DNA of 64,000 bases, from positions 18,535 to 82,534 of the forward strand of contig NIVC01000172.1 of assembly GCA_002269645.1 (NCBI GenBank), read 5' to 3'. This document shows positions 52,032 to 63,169 of the stretch, in pieces (the first letter of the stretch is position 1; each line of letters begins with the position of its first letter). The notes under the pieces are model-generated. The model saw only the letters and a list, made by a program, of their open reading frames with translations, searched no databases and had not been told where the DNA came from. This DNA comes from Macrostomum lignano (Eukaryota). The position numbers and the translations under genes were made by a program.

Positions 52032-52809
52032 GATGTAGGCAGCTAATTATAACAGCTCCTAATCTCACTCACGGGCAGCAGGCAATACTGGGCAGGCTGT
52101 GCATTCTCATCCAGCTGGTACCAGCGCCTCAGGCGGTCCTCATCTCCGGCATTCATAACCCGGGCCAGCTGGTCCAGCACAGACTGGGGCACGGACTCTG
52201 GCGGCGCTCTGAACGCTTCAGCCTCTTCATTTCCAGGTCCACCGACGGTCGCCCAGCAAATTGCCGGCCCTCGCGACTGTCGAAGGCATCGACGAAGTTC
52301 GTCGCGACGAACGCTTGCCAGACTGTGATCGTCCAGTTCTGAACAACCGACTCCAGAGCTGAGGTCAATCAATGTCAAATTGAGAGCAGGACCAAAGCTT
52401 TGTCGACGGCAATATTCGGCGAGCTCTGATTGGCAGGAGGTGATCATTTGGCTGACGAGCTCCGAGTCTGAGAGGCAGTGTGTACAAGAATGGAAGCTAT
52501 TGACAATTGCTTTCAAATAAACATACTGCAGAGTGAATCGTAGAGGATTAGCGGCACATCAAACGGATCGGAAGGATTGGGATTAGCGGAATATCAAAGG
52601 AATTAGATGGGAATTATCGGCACATCAAAGGAATTAGATGGGGATTAGCAGCAAATCAAAGGGATTAGGTGGGGATTAGCGGCATATCAAAGGGATTAGA
52701 TGGGGATTAGCGATCTATCAAACTGCAATGGAAACCAGGGCATTACCTTGACCATCGGCACTGACAAAGCAGATTCTGACAATACAGGGTTTCGGCAGCA
52801 ACTCTCCAT
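35385..52809 (-). CDS. NACHT and WD40 repeat protein (NWD1/NWD2-like STAND NTPase), ~1815 aa, 12 exons
   Basis: Exons 52809-52747, 52525-52073, 51679-51569 (tentative), 51306-50600, 49557-48960, 46329-45971, 45005-44544, 43712-42254, 38356-37921, 36894-36603, 36339-36075, 35627-35385; phases match. WYQLDENAQP, Walker A GPPGAGKST, Walker B-like IFVAGLD, GISESEL, WARLRRD, WD motifs (TASRDGTLRVW). Confidence 0.82.
35690..36020. repeat. ~30-35-bp imperfect repeat (AAAAGTACATCAAT...CATCTCTAATCCCT) in NWD intron 11
   Basis: Recurrent AAAGTACA cores read directly. Confidence 0.8.
37040..37780. repeat. Pentameric (TGGAA/TTGGA)n satellite in NWD intron 9
   Basis: Read directly. Confidence 0.95.
39507..42039 (+). 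mobile_element. Full-length piggyBac transposon with TTAA target-site duplications
   Basis: TTAA at 39503-39506 and 42040-42043; ends CC...GG; subterminal inverted motifs CCGTTCCGGTCGG and GATGGTAAGCAG.GCTTACCA. Confidence 0.92.
39706..41394 (+). pseudogene. piggyBac transposase (~562 codons) with two in-frame TAA stops
   Basis: Three track ORFs share one frame; TAA at 40210 and 41062. VDES, VDKWF, GGVDRMD triad and C-terminal CRVC...CPEC...C..H domain. Confidence 0.93.
43840..44430. repeat. 19-bp repeat GGTAGCTAAGGGTTGCTAC in NWD intron 7
   Basis: Read directly. Confidence 0.93.
45090..45945. repeat. 36-bp repeat GACACAGACAGACACACTTTGTGTCCTAGCTCATAA in NWD intron 6
   Basis: Read directly. 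Confidence 0.94.
46503..48793. mobile_element. hAT-like non-autonomous element carrying a ~2-kb 21-bp array (GCAGGCACTCATTTTAGCGCC, 46670-48610) in NWD intron 5
   Basis: CAGGCGTTGGAAC at left and GTTCCTACGCCTATG at right; flanks CAGCTCTT / CGGCCCTT match 6 of 8; G/C-run subtermini. The array is certain, the boundaries less so. Confidence 0.65.
49730..50545. repeat. 21-bp repeat GGGATCAGGATCCCACGATTG in NWD intron 4
   Basis: Read directly. Confidence 0.93.
51345..52032. repeat. (TTAG)n microsatellites at 51345-51417 and 51690-52032 (NWD introns 3 and 2)
   Basis: Read directly; they flank the tentative 111-bp exon. Confidence 0.95.
52545..52712. repeat. Imperfect ~33-bp GGGATTAG...ATCAAA repeat in NWD intron 1
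   Basis: Recurrent GGGATTAG and CATCAAAGG motifs. Confidence 0.7.
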
Positions 52810-53652
52810 GCTTCAGGACACCGCGCAGCAAATGTTGCGGATTGCTGAACTTCTTCTTTTGCTTTCTACAATACCAGTTGCAAAGTTAAGAGACTAAGGG
52901 TACTAGATATGAATGAACTCCATTAGCTTAAAAGGCTAGTGTTAGAGCTGCTTCTACATGCGAAAGTCTAAAGCATTTCTATTTTGAAATCTATGTCAAT
53001 GTTTATTGTCAATTCAAAACAATTCAAATAAATGTGTTCAATTAGATCAAATCTACACAAATTTAAGTTTAGTTGTTTGTAATACAAAAACACACAGTTG
53101 TTATTTTGCCAAGTTCAAGTCACAGAGTTAAATTAAAGCTCTGAAAAGGGCATTTTTATCATACTGGCTTTTTGCTTCTTTCACCAACAAAATTTGTCCT
53201 CTGCTACCAATAGTATAGTTGTGATCCTTTAAAATTAATAATAGCAAAAATTAGAGCAATAGATAATGCTTAGAACTTAATTTTTATGTGATACTCATTA
53301 CATAAAAACCAGACGATATAGAATAGTAAAATACTTACATAAGCAGTTAGTGTCAAAAGATGTAGATTATTACTCATTTTAACAAACAAATGAAAGCTCT
53401 GAAATAGTAAAAAATAAAACCATTATTAAATATTTTTAATAAAAAACAACTTTTAGGAGTTTCTATGTTATTATCTAAATTATATAAGATTATCAATGTA
53501 TTATAATTAGAATTATAATAAAAAATCTATAACATACACACTTTACAACACTTTTTCTTCATATAATGAAAAAAGTTATTCATTTTGTTTTAAGAGTACC
53601 TTTAAATTTTAGAAAATTTTGTTCACATAAGTTGCATTAAGCTTAGCTATAT

Positions 53653-53654
<2 letters not shown>

Positions 53655-53687
<33 letters not shown>

Positions 53688-54200
53688 ACAGATGCTTGTG
53701 CAGGGGTCAGTGAAGTACCCATTGGTAGAAAACAGCGAAGTCCAGCCTAGCTGCAGACTGAGAGGTAAGGCCTAGAGCCTGCAAATCAGTGAGAAAAGTG
53801 TTAGTCAGAGAGGTGAGGTGTGATTGGCCCTGCCAGAGTCTCCCACAAGGTGGGCTAAGCAGCAAGTCAGCAAGCGAAGGCCTGGTGCCCTGTGTGTTGG
53901 CCCATAGGCAGTGGCCGATCAATATCTGGCATTGCCTTTGCAAAGTGCAACCCAGGGGCAGCACGCAGGTCCAGGCTACCAGCTCAGCATTGCTCATATG
54001 CTCTGGGAACTGGATGCCTATGGCATTGTGCAGGAGATGACAATGACAGGCCTCTAAGCTTACCTCACGAGTGCTAGTCATAGGGACAGCTTCTAGCCCA
54101 TAGGTCAACACTATCTCAACTGCCAAGTGGAAGAGGGTGACCTTTAGGCTGTCAGAGGCAAGTTGGCATTTGAAGATGTTTTATTGTGCAGAGCCAGCTG
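53655..54200 (-). mobile_element. 5'-truncated, decayed RTE-like LINE 3' end with a (TAA)n tail
   Basis: KVTLFHLAVEIVLTYG...LIGHC...LLLSPPCG resembles the post-RT region of RTE LINEs; (ATT)n at 53655-53687 marks the 3' end. Confidence 0.75.
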
Positions 54201-55404
54201 CACGATATAGTGAATCAGGATAACAAATAGAAATGGTGATAGGGTGTCATTTTGCAGGACCCTAGAGATAGATTTGCATTACCATTAGGCCTTTGTATTA
54301 AGAGGTGGAAGTTGCATTAGGCCTAGCTATATACAATCAGCTATATAAAGCATATATGCTAAGAAGGTTTAGTTAGATAAATCTGAAATCTATCAATGAT
54401 ATTATATAATATATATATAGTTTTGATCATAACATAATTACAACCAAAATTATGAAAAAAAGATATTTTGTCTTTAACATTGATTTTCTATTGACCTATA
54501 GCATTAATTCTAGTCCTATGGCATAAATAACCACTATAAAGATTAAATATAAAAACATATACCAATTCAACTTTTATAGTATAATATAATTATTAAGCAA
54601 TTAAAATTAAAATTTATATCAATTTGCTCTCTTTAAAAACTTAAGGTTATCACAATTAGCTTACAATTACAATAACAATTGTCTATTTTGACTCTATTAC
54701 AATTAGAAAATAAAGTCAAATATATTATACTATAGCTAAGAGAAATAATTATATAATCTACATATTATAAAATATGTTAATAAAAAATAAATAACTTTTG
54801 TACACTGGAGTTTCTTTAAATGAAAGGAGAGACTTTACAAAACTAAAAAAGCATATCAACTTAAAAAATGAATGATACTTAGTTATTTAAAGTAAAAGCA
54901 TTATTATTTTCCCTTTTTGGCATATAATTCTAATATAATTACAAAATAAAGAGGGTATTATTTTATAGGGTGCAATATAGTAATAAGTAGAATATTTGGT
55001 AGAAAAAAATACAAAATTTAATTAAAAGTATTCAATTCATTGTTATATTGTCAAGTATCATGTCGTCTAGTTTGCAAAAACGGAGGAATGATTTTTTTAA
55101 TTTTCGCTTTCTCTGCTGCTTAACTGGGCCATGCAAATTTAAGATCGCCTAATCTGAAATTGAAATATTGCAATTAGGCCTATCGCAGTGGAGAAATTCA
55201 AGGCTCTAGTATATATGCAGTGTCTGCTTATGATTCTTCTGTTAATAATAGCAAATTACTAAATGAGCTATCACATGCTAAGAAAATAAGAGTAAACTTT
55301 TGTTTAAGCAATCATAATTTTTGTTTAATATACATGTGCGTGTACATCTTTGATCCAAAGTGCCGGTACGTCTGCGCATTATGTTCCCCTTAGATTACAG
55401 CTAC

Positions 55405-55847
55405 CAGGGGCGTAGGGAGGGGGGATAGGGGGGATGTATACCCCCCGAAGAGCCTAACCAAAACTTTTGTGTTGCCCTTTGTTGCTATACATGCTACCAC
55501 GTGACTCTGTCATGGCACTTTTACCTTTTATTTTTTTATTAGAGGCAGGGAGGTTGTGTGCACCCTGGCGCACTTTAAGCGACATAGGCACACAACCGGC
55601 GAGAGGCATTATGGGGGGTTGGCTCTCAAGGCCGTTAATTGCACGAGCAGAGCCAAGCCGAGATTCCAATTCAGCCCCAAATTAATGTGACTGCACTTGG
55701 AATCGAGCCTGGGTCGCTGGCTCACCAGAGCAGCTGCGCTACCGCTGGGCTACGGCCCCCCTGCACTTTTATTTTGGTGTATCCCCCTGTAGAAAATTCA
55801 CCTTGGTGTATCCCCCCCCCCGTAGGAAATTCCTGGCTACGCCCCTA
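55405..55847. mobile_element. hAT MITE with a perfect 8-bp TSD ACAGCTAC
   Basis: TIRs CAGGGGCGTAG / CTACGCCCCTA; ACAGCTAC at 55397-55404 and 55848-55855. Confidence 0.92.
55524..55762 (-). mobile_element. tRNA-derived SINE (family B) nested in the hAT MITE, 9-bp TSD GCACTTTTA
   Basis: Minus-strand head GGGGCCGTAGCCCAGCGG...GGCTCGATTCC; A-rich tail; TSD at 55515-55523 and 55763-55771. Confidence 0.8.
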
Positions 55848-55936
55848 ACAGCTACTCAAATACTATTGTAACCTAAAAACTGGGCGTCTGAAATAAAAAA
55901 AATCGCTTATTCCATTCGAGAAAAACCACAAGATTT

Positions 55937-56939
55937 CCAAGGACTATAGGCCTACTCAAGTATAGAGGGACGGGATCACAGGGGCGTCGCCATGGATTTT
56001 ATGGTGGGGGGATAATGCCAAGAATTCAACATGTACTCATTTTGGCACCGCAGGCACTCATTTTGGCGCCGCAGGCACTCATTTTAGCGTCGCAGGCACT
56101 CATTTTAGCGTCGCAGGCACTCATTTTGGGCTGGGGGGTACAAAGCATGGCATGTCCCCCCCATAGCTTTTACTGTCTGTCCCCCCGCTCCCGGTGGCGA
56201 CGCGCCTGGACGAGAAACTACGTTTCTTGAAAAATTTTAGGAGGTGCAGGTTTACCGAAAAAAAACTTCACGGAGATAGAAGGCTTCATTTATTCAGCAC
56301 TAAAACTATATAGCTTTTGATAGGAGACAGACCCAATCTTTTATCTTTTGATAGCAGCAGACAGCACTTGGCTCATTTTTTGATGCCGCAGCAGGCGCTG
56401 TGCATGTTTTGGCGCCCGAAGCAAATTTATTGATTTCCAGTACAACGGGTCATAATCGGTTTGGTGGTGGCGGGAAACAAAGCACTGTCATGCCCCCCCC
56501 CCCATAGCTTTTACTGGGTAGGATTCTAGCTAGGATTCTATTTCAGTTTTATATCCTATGATGTACGTCCTATCGAAATTTGATGTACGAGTACGAAATC
56601 ATAAAATTGGCACAACTTGATTCATTGGTTTGATGAATCTATTTTATCATATAATAACACACTGAAACGAGGATCAGAGATACGAGGAGCTAAGCGAAAT
56701 TACACAGAATCCTACTTTTATAAACGATCGAAAAACTTTATGATTATTAATAGAGCTATAAGAAAGGCAAAAACATCAAAAAATGAACAATGGGTCTGCC
56801 TCAATCCTATCAAAAGCAATAGCTTGTTTGTGCTGAAAAAATGAAAACCTCCTATCTCCGTAATGTATTTTTTCGGTAAAACCTGCCTCCTAAAATTTTC
56901 CAAGAAACGTGGTTTCTCGTCCTACTTGAGTTGTCCTTG
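55937..56939. mobile_element. CAAGG-TIR family copy 3
   Basis: CAAGGACTA...CTACTCAAGTA at left and TACTTGAGTTGTCCTTG at right; arms match 15380-15929. Confidence 0.78.
55979..56208. mobile_element. 230-bp hAT-like MITE containing ~4-5 units of the 21-bp GCAGGCACTCATTTT repeat
   Basis: TIRs CAGGGGCGTCGCCA / TGGCGACGCGCCTG; inserted into the left arm of CAAGG copy 3. Confidence 0.75.
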
Positions 56940-58418
56940 ACTAACACACTGTACATACTGACATACAGAATTCCACCAGGAGTCAAGCACACGACTTTCA
57001 GGAGAAAAGCTTAATTCCTATCTAGGAAAACATTTGTTCATCATGGATCATGCAAGGACGTCCTTGAGTTGATGAACCCTGGCTCATCTCGAAGGTCATC
57101 TGTTTAAATATCTTTCGAATAGCTATACATGTATACTTTGAATTAGTACATGAAACCGACAACCAAGACATGACGTACAAATTTGCACATGCATACACTT
57201 TTTACACGTGTACAAGTGTCAAATTCCTTAATTCCGAAAAGTCCCATGAAATGAAATGGAAAACGAAAGCCAAACAAGAGAAGGTCTAAAATTAGTAAAA
57301 AGCCTTATCTTCCTGTCTGGACTTCAGGTGATCGAGTTCGCGAAAAAAAATCAATTTTCTTCAACTCTGCATACACTTGCTACGTTAAAAATGGCTACAG
57401 AGAGGCGACAAAGCTTTGAAAAGAAACCGACCATCTAATCGGACAATGTGTCCTTTAATATACATGCACAGGTCTAAGTAAAACTAGACAAATATCCCTG
57501 TGTAATCTTCACTGCTTCCTTTGTATGTATTCTACCAGTGGAATGTTCCCCATGAAACGAAAAATGGATAAGGCCCTTCATGGCCTTGGGTTTGCCACCA
57601 TCTATAAGACCCAAATCCATGCGGAGCGTCTAAAAATATTCGAAATTATTTATGAGCCAGACAGGCCATAATTATGATGTAGTTTTGGCTAATATTTTAG
57701 TAAATAGATTAGGAAGCTCACAGGTCGGTGTCTGGAGCAGTCTGGAAATAAATCAGGCGGCTGAAACCGAAATGCGGACTAAATGTAGGGATCACCTAAA
57801 TAACGCCTGTCGCACTCTCCCTCTCTCCCCTCTCCCTCTACTCTCCCCCGCATCCAGATATTGATCTACGCTGTCCCTTCTCTACTCTCTGGCCTGGATT
57901 GCGACGACCTGAAACGCGCGCGTACAATGCCTTCTTCATTCTTCCCTCGCCCTCTTCTAAGTACTTCTAGTCTACTTTTCTCTCTTCCCTCTACGAATGA
58001 ATCTTCCCGGGAGGGGTTCTTGCAAAATGAGTAGGCAGAGTTTTAGGGGGGTTGGCTGAGAAGGGGTGCAGAAAGGGAAGGATGGGGAGTGGGAGTTGGG
58101 AGTGAGGACTGTTGTTGGCTTGGATGAGGGGACAGCGGAGTACGGGATTTGCAGTGCGTGAAAGGCAGTCACGGAGTCCGACAAATTCCTAGCCCACCGC
58201 TCTCCTCTGCGTGCACAGTTTGAAGCACTGACCACGCCACCCTCTCTCCCCGGGCTTTCTCCCCTTTTCTGATTCCGCTCAGCAAAACTCAGTTGTACAT
58301 GGGTGAAAAATATAAGCGCTGAGTCGGAGAGCAGCAGCTTTTTTTGCTTCCCACCACGGTTCCTAGAATCAAAAAATTCTAAAAGAGTTCAAAGGGATTA
58401 GCAGCCCCATCAAGGAAC

Positions 58419-61400
58419 ATGGCGACCGCGGTTGACATTTTGGGACTCTCGGACGACAGCGCCCAGCACCAACAGCAGCCGGCCTCGGCGGAAAATGAAG
58501 ACGACGATGAGGAGCCATTTCAACTGGCCGGCCTGTTCCTCGCCGCTAAGGACGGCGACGCCGACCGGGTCAAGCAGGAGCTGCTCATCCTGCCGCCAAC
58601 CGTGGAGCTCAACGGTCGCAATCGTAGCGGCGAGACCGTCGTCCATGTCGCCGTGCCGACAGGCTCGCTGCCAATCCTAGAGGCGCTTCACCAGCGCGGC
58701 GTCGATATGCACCAGCTTAACAAGGCCTGCGAGAACGGCTTGCACCTGGCCTGCCGTTTAGGCGACCTCAACGTCGCTCGATTCTTTGTTGAACGAGCCG
58801 CTGTCTGCCTGGACGGCCAGACGCGAGACGGTGATTCGTCAGTCCATCTGGCCGCCAAGAAGGGCCACGCCAGCGTGGTAGAGTACCTCGGCTCCCGCGG
58901 TGCCAATCTGAATGCGCAGGACCGATGCGCGGAGACTCCGCTGCACGCGGCAGCAGCTGTCGGTAGTGTCGACTGCGTCCGCGCCCTGGTGCAGGCCGGC
59001 GCCCGCATCTACGTTGAGGATCGAGTCGGTTGGACGCCACTTGAGCACGCTATCAAGCGCCACCAGACGACCATCGCGCTCATGCTAATCAACGCCGGAG
59101 CACCTATTGACCACGTCGATCATCAGAAGCGAGAGTGCCCGCTCCATCTGGCCTGCCGGGAAGGCCTCTTACCCGTGGTTCAGGCCCTCTGTGCCTACGG
59201 CTGCCGGGTGGACGTATACAATGCAATGGGCGTCACGCCGTTGCACATCGCCTCACGAGCCGGCCACCTGGAGCTTGTCCGTTGCCTCTTGCTGGCCGGA
59301 GCGAGTCCCCAGTTGGCCAGCCGTGACGGCGTCCTGCCCGATGTGATGGCTCTGGCCCAGGGCCACACACTGACTGCAAGCTTGCTCGGCAAGATGCGTC
59401 CAGAACGACGAGCGATCTGCGTGGAGCAGTTGGTACCAACACAGCGCCCGCTGCCCCGCATCAAGCTCAAGGTATTCGGCGACAGCGCGTCCGGCAAGAC
59501 GTCGCTGATAAGCAGTCTTCGGTCCAATGCCATCACCGGTTTCTTTAGGAAAAAGTTTAAAAGCCAGGACGAGGCGAACAGCCTTGACGAGGAAAGCCAG
59601 ACGTTCTCTATGCGGTCTAGAACTATGCCTGTGGAGATGAACTTCGAAGCGGCTCACGAGGCTTATACAAAAGGAATCTATGTCCAGAATGTTGGAATCA
59701 CAGGAGCTGGAGAGTTTTCCGTTTGGGAGTTCTCAGGCTATCAGCCGTACTACCTTTTCTATGATCACTTCATCGGTGACACGTCTTGCGTGCACTTAAT
59801 ATTATTAAACCTGATGGACAGTTTTGAGTTGATGCGCCAGAAAGTCATGTTCTGGGTGCACTTCGTCATGGGTCGCATTCCAGCCAGGGAACCGCTGGGG
59901 TTCTGTGGCAAGCCGAAGAGCATGGCTCGAATTGTCCTGGTGGGCACGCACAGCGACCGCGCCGCGGGACTGCGAAACCCCGAGGGTCTGCTGGAGAATC
60001 GCGACGCCGATCGCATCCTAGAGGAGGTGCTTGCGCTGACGCGCTACCGACTGGAAGTTTGCGATCGAGTATTCGTTGTAAACACTAGCGAAGCGATGTC
60101 ACCGGAAATGAAAGCCCTGCGCAGCCAGCTCGGAGACTGGCGCACCGAAATTCTGCGGCATTTGCCGTTTTCTAATGGTTTCTTAGACGTCGTCATTAGC
60201 CGCATCTCCGAGTGGGTTTGCAGCACCCAGTTTCCCGTATATACTTGGCAGCAGTTCGTGGAAACTGTCCGTAATAAGGTCAACCCATTGTGCAGCGAGG
60301 ACCACCTAAAGGACCTGATCCAGGAGCTGCAGTACACAGGGGAGGTCATCTATCTCGAGTCCGACGCAGGTCACGATATGATCGTGCTCAGCCCGCAGTG
60401 GCTGTGCTCCAGTGTTCTCGGCTTTCTTCTTTCGCAGGACAACATCTCTCAGGCGCGAGTCACTGGCAGCTTCACGGCGGACGACATTCAGTTCATGATT
60501 GCTGGCACCGAGGCCAATCAACTGCTGCGAATTCTGATTGCCCTTGATCTTTGCACACAGGTCGAAGTCGAAGATGAGGTCCAGTACGAGTTCCCCTGCC
60601 TAAACTTTCTTGACAGTGTCCGCGGCCTCTGGGAGAAGGAGCCACGCCACGACGCGTCAGTCTACGCTGGCATGCAGATGCGGGCGACCAAGTCGCAGCT
60701 GGTGCACATTTTCCCTCGCCTGCAGTGCAGCCTGAGACGCAGCCTCAAAGTGGACAAAGAGGACGAGCAACATTCGCCGGTGCTTAGCGAAGCTGATCTG
60801 TTCCAGTGGCACCACGGCTCCAAGCTGTCACTGGCCGGTGTTGAGTGCATGCTGCGAATGGAGGAATGCGATCAGGTTAGTTTTGTCTTAAGGCATTGAT
60901 ACGCTGTATGAGCGTATAATTTATGCTCCTATGAGCACTTCAAGTTTTTCATGTACATTTCGAACTATCTGACCTGAAGCCTTTACCGTTCAAACAGGTT
61001 ATCCGCCTTCGAGCTCGAGGACCTCGTCAACAGCTGCCGCTGCTGTTCGGCATCTACCAGGATATGGTCAATCTGATCGAGCAGACAATTGAGGACACCT
61101 GCCCCAGCATGGAGTACGAGGTGTCCGTCCTGAGCCCTAAGGAGCTTCGTAATCATTCCAAGGTGGCGATTGCAGTGCCCCAAGGAGTGATTTTTCGTGC
61201 CATTGAGGACCAGCGGAACAGCGCGCCCTCCTCATCCGAGGTGATGGTGAACTTCGAGAACGGCCTCGTCCTGGAGAGCCTGGAGAGCCTTCTGTGCTTC
61301 GGCAACCGACAGCTGCTGACCCAGCTCACCCTGGGCCCGGATTTGCACCTGTCGTGTCTGAGGACGCCGTCCTTCCAGCGTCTGTGCAGCATGTTCGATC

Positions 61401-61777
61401 CGGTTGACCCTCTGGGCAAGGACTGGTGCCTGCTAGCCGTCAGGCTGGGCATGACGCACAGCGTCCCAAATATCGACAGCGGCAACGAGTGGCTGCGGAG
61501 TCGCACAGCTAAAATCCTAGACGAATGGGGCAAAGAGCCCGGCGGCACCATCGGGGCGCTGATCGGGATCTTCAAAGAGCTCGGACGAGCCGACGCGGCG
61601 GACTTGTTGATGGACTCGGCGCCGCTGTACCAGTACTCGCCAAACAAAGCCGACGACGCGGCTGGCGGAACCGGCACAGTCGGTGCATCCGCTGATAGTG
61701 CAGTCGGAGCAGGCGCCGGGGCGGTTGAGTTGGATCAGGCCACGTGCGGCGGCTCGGGTTCAACTCTAAGCCGTTAA
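58419..61777 (+). CDS. DAPK1-like ROCO protein (ankyrin repeats-ROC-COR-death domain), 1078 aa, no kinase domain visible
   Basis: Exons 58419-60875 and 60998-61777 (CAG|GTTAGT...AAACAG|GTT, phase 0). About 8 ankyrin repeats, P-loop VFGDSASGKTS, WEFSG, LVGTH, COR (VLSPQWLC), death domain (LGKDWCLLAVRLG...LGRADAAD). Confidence 0.9.
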
Positions 61778-63169
61778 CAAATCGAGAGGCGACTTAACAA
61801 AGTCATCTTAACTCAATCTGAATTTAATTCTTATTTAAAGACGAATGCAGTTGATGGTTAACTTGTCTGTGCGTAAGAGCAAATCAAATTGAGCGTGTTT
61901 GTTTGCATGTACATGTACTTCTATCCACCTGAGGTTTTCCTACATTCGCTCCAGTAGACTGGCTCTTAGTCATCTATCGCTTTCTCCTGTAGATTCTAGA
62001 GTATTCATCATCAATCTACTATTATTCCGCTAGTGTATTCTCGATACCTACCATAAATCATTTGTGATTCAGTAAAGCAAACATTGTGATTCATCATTCG
62101 TCCTTTTCAAGAAGCAGACTGACTATTTTGCCGATCTGTGCAATTTCATGTCGTTAGTTTTTTCGGTATCAAAACTCTGCTACACCAACGACCTATCGCT
62201 AACTGTAATGACGCTAACGCGTATTTGTTACTTGCCTAAAACGGAATTTTTCGACAGCATTAACAACATAAAAAAACTTATGTTGAATGTATTACTCGCA
62301 ATCCTCCACTATGAGTAGTATTTGTCGCATAATATCTGTAAAGTATTTTTTCTGTCTAAACGCGAAAAACCTTCTGCATTCAGTGGAACAACATTCTCAA
62401 CTATGATAACTATGAAGTGAATTAATTATTCGAATATCGAATGTACTTTTTGTCGTCCACAAGTTTACACTTTTCTATTTCGTATTGCTTCACTTATAAT
62501 ACTGTAGCTGTGTGCGGCCTGTGTTAAGCCCGACGCGTTTTATCACTAGATATTATAACAAAAATCATGAAAAAGCACGGCTTTTGCTGAACGGAGTTTG
62601 TAAGGAGCTTGAAAAAACAAACTAAATAAATACGAGTAAATAAACTGTAGTATGAATATCATCATTTAAACAAAGTGAGTTTCAACACGCTTTTTCGGAG
62701 CACACTTTTCATACCAATGGTTCGAAAATGCTCTTAAATTACAATTAAATTTAACAGTTGTGACGAATTGCTTTTTTCGAAAAGAAACGAAATAAGAACC
62801 ATTGTGTGTATCAGCTTCTAAACTGCCTGGTTCGTCCAAGTGACCCGTTAAGTCCTTAGCGACTCAGCAGCTGGCCGACGAGATCATCCGCGCCGAGTTG
62901 TACTGCCCACGCTACAGGCAACCCTACGGCTCGTAAAAGAGAGCAGAGGCGCTCACTTGGCGTTTTATCAACTGCCTGCTGGCTTGTGCCGGCTCCCCTG
63001 ATTCGGTCACGCCGAAGACAGACAGCTGTGTCTACCAAAGTACATCGGCACCCCGAATTTCTCGTTCCTTGATCAGGATTTTCAATGAGTATTCTTTTAA
63101 AAAAACATTGGATTTTACTGTCTTGCTTCATAGAAAAACGTTTATAAGAAGTTCCTATCCATTATATAT

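Noticed and set aside
51345-52032. (TTAG)n as telomeric repeat
   Set aside because: 4-bp unit, not TTAGG or TTAGGG; internal to introns.
62856-63131. Minus-strand 91-aa ORF as a terminal exon
   Set aside because: No recognisable motif and no upstream exon that I could phase within the window.
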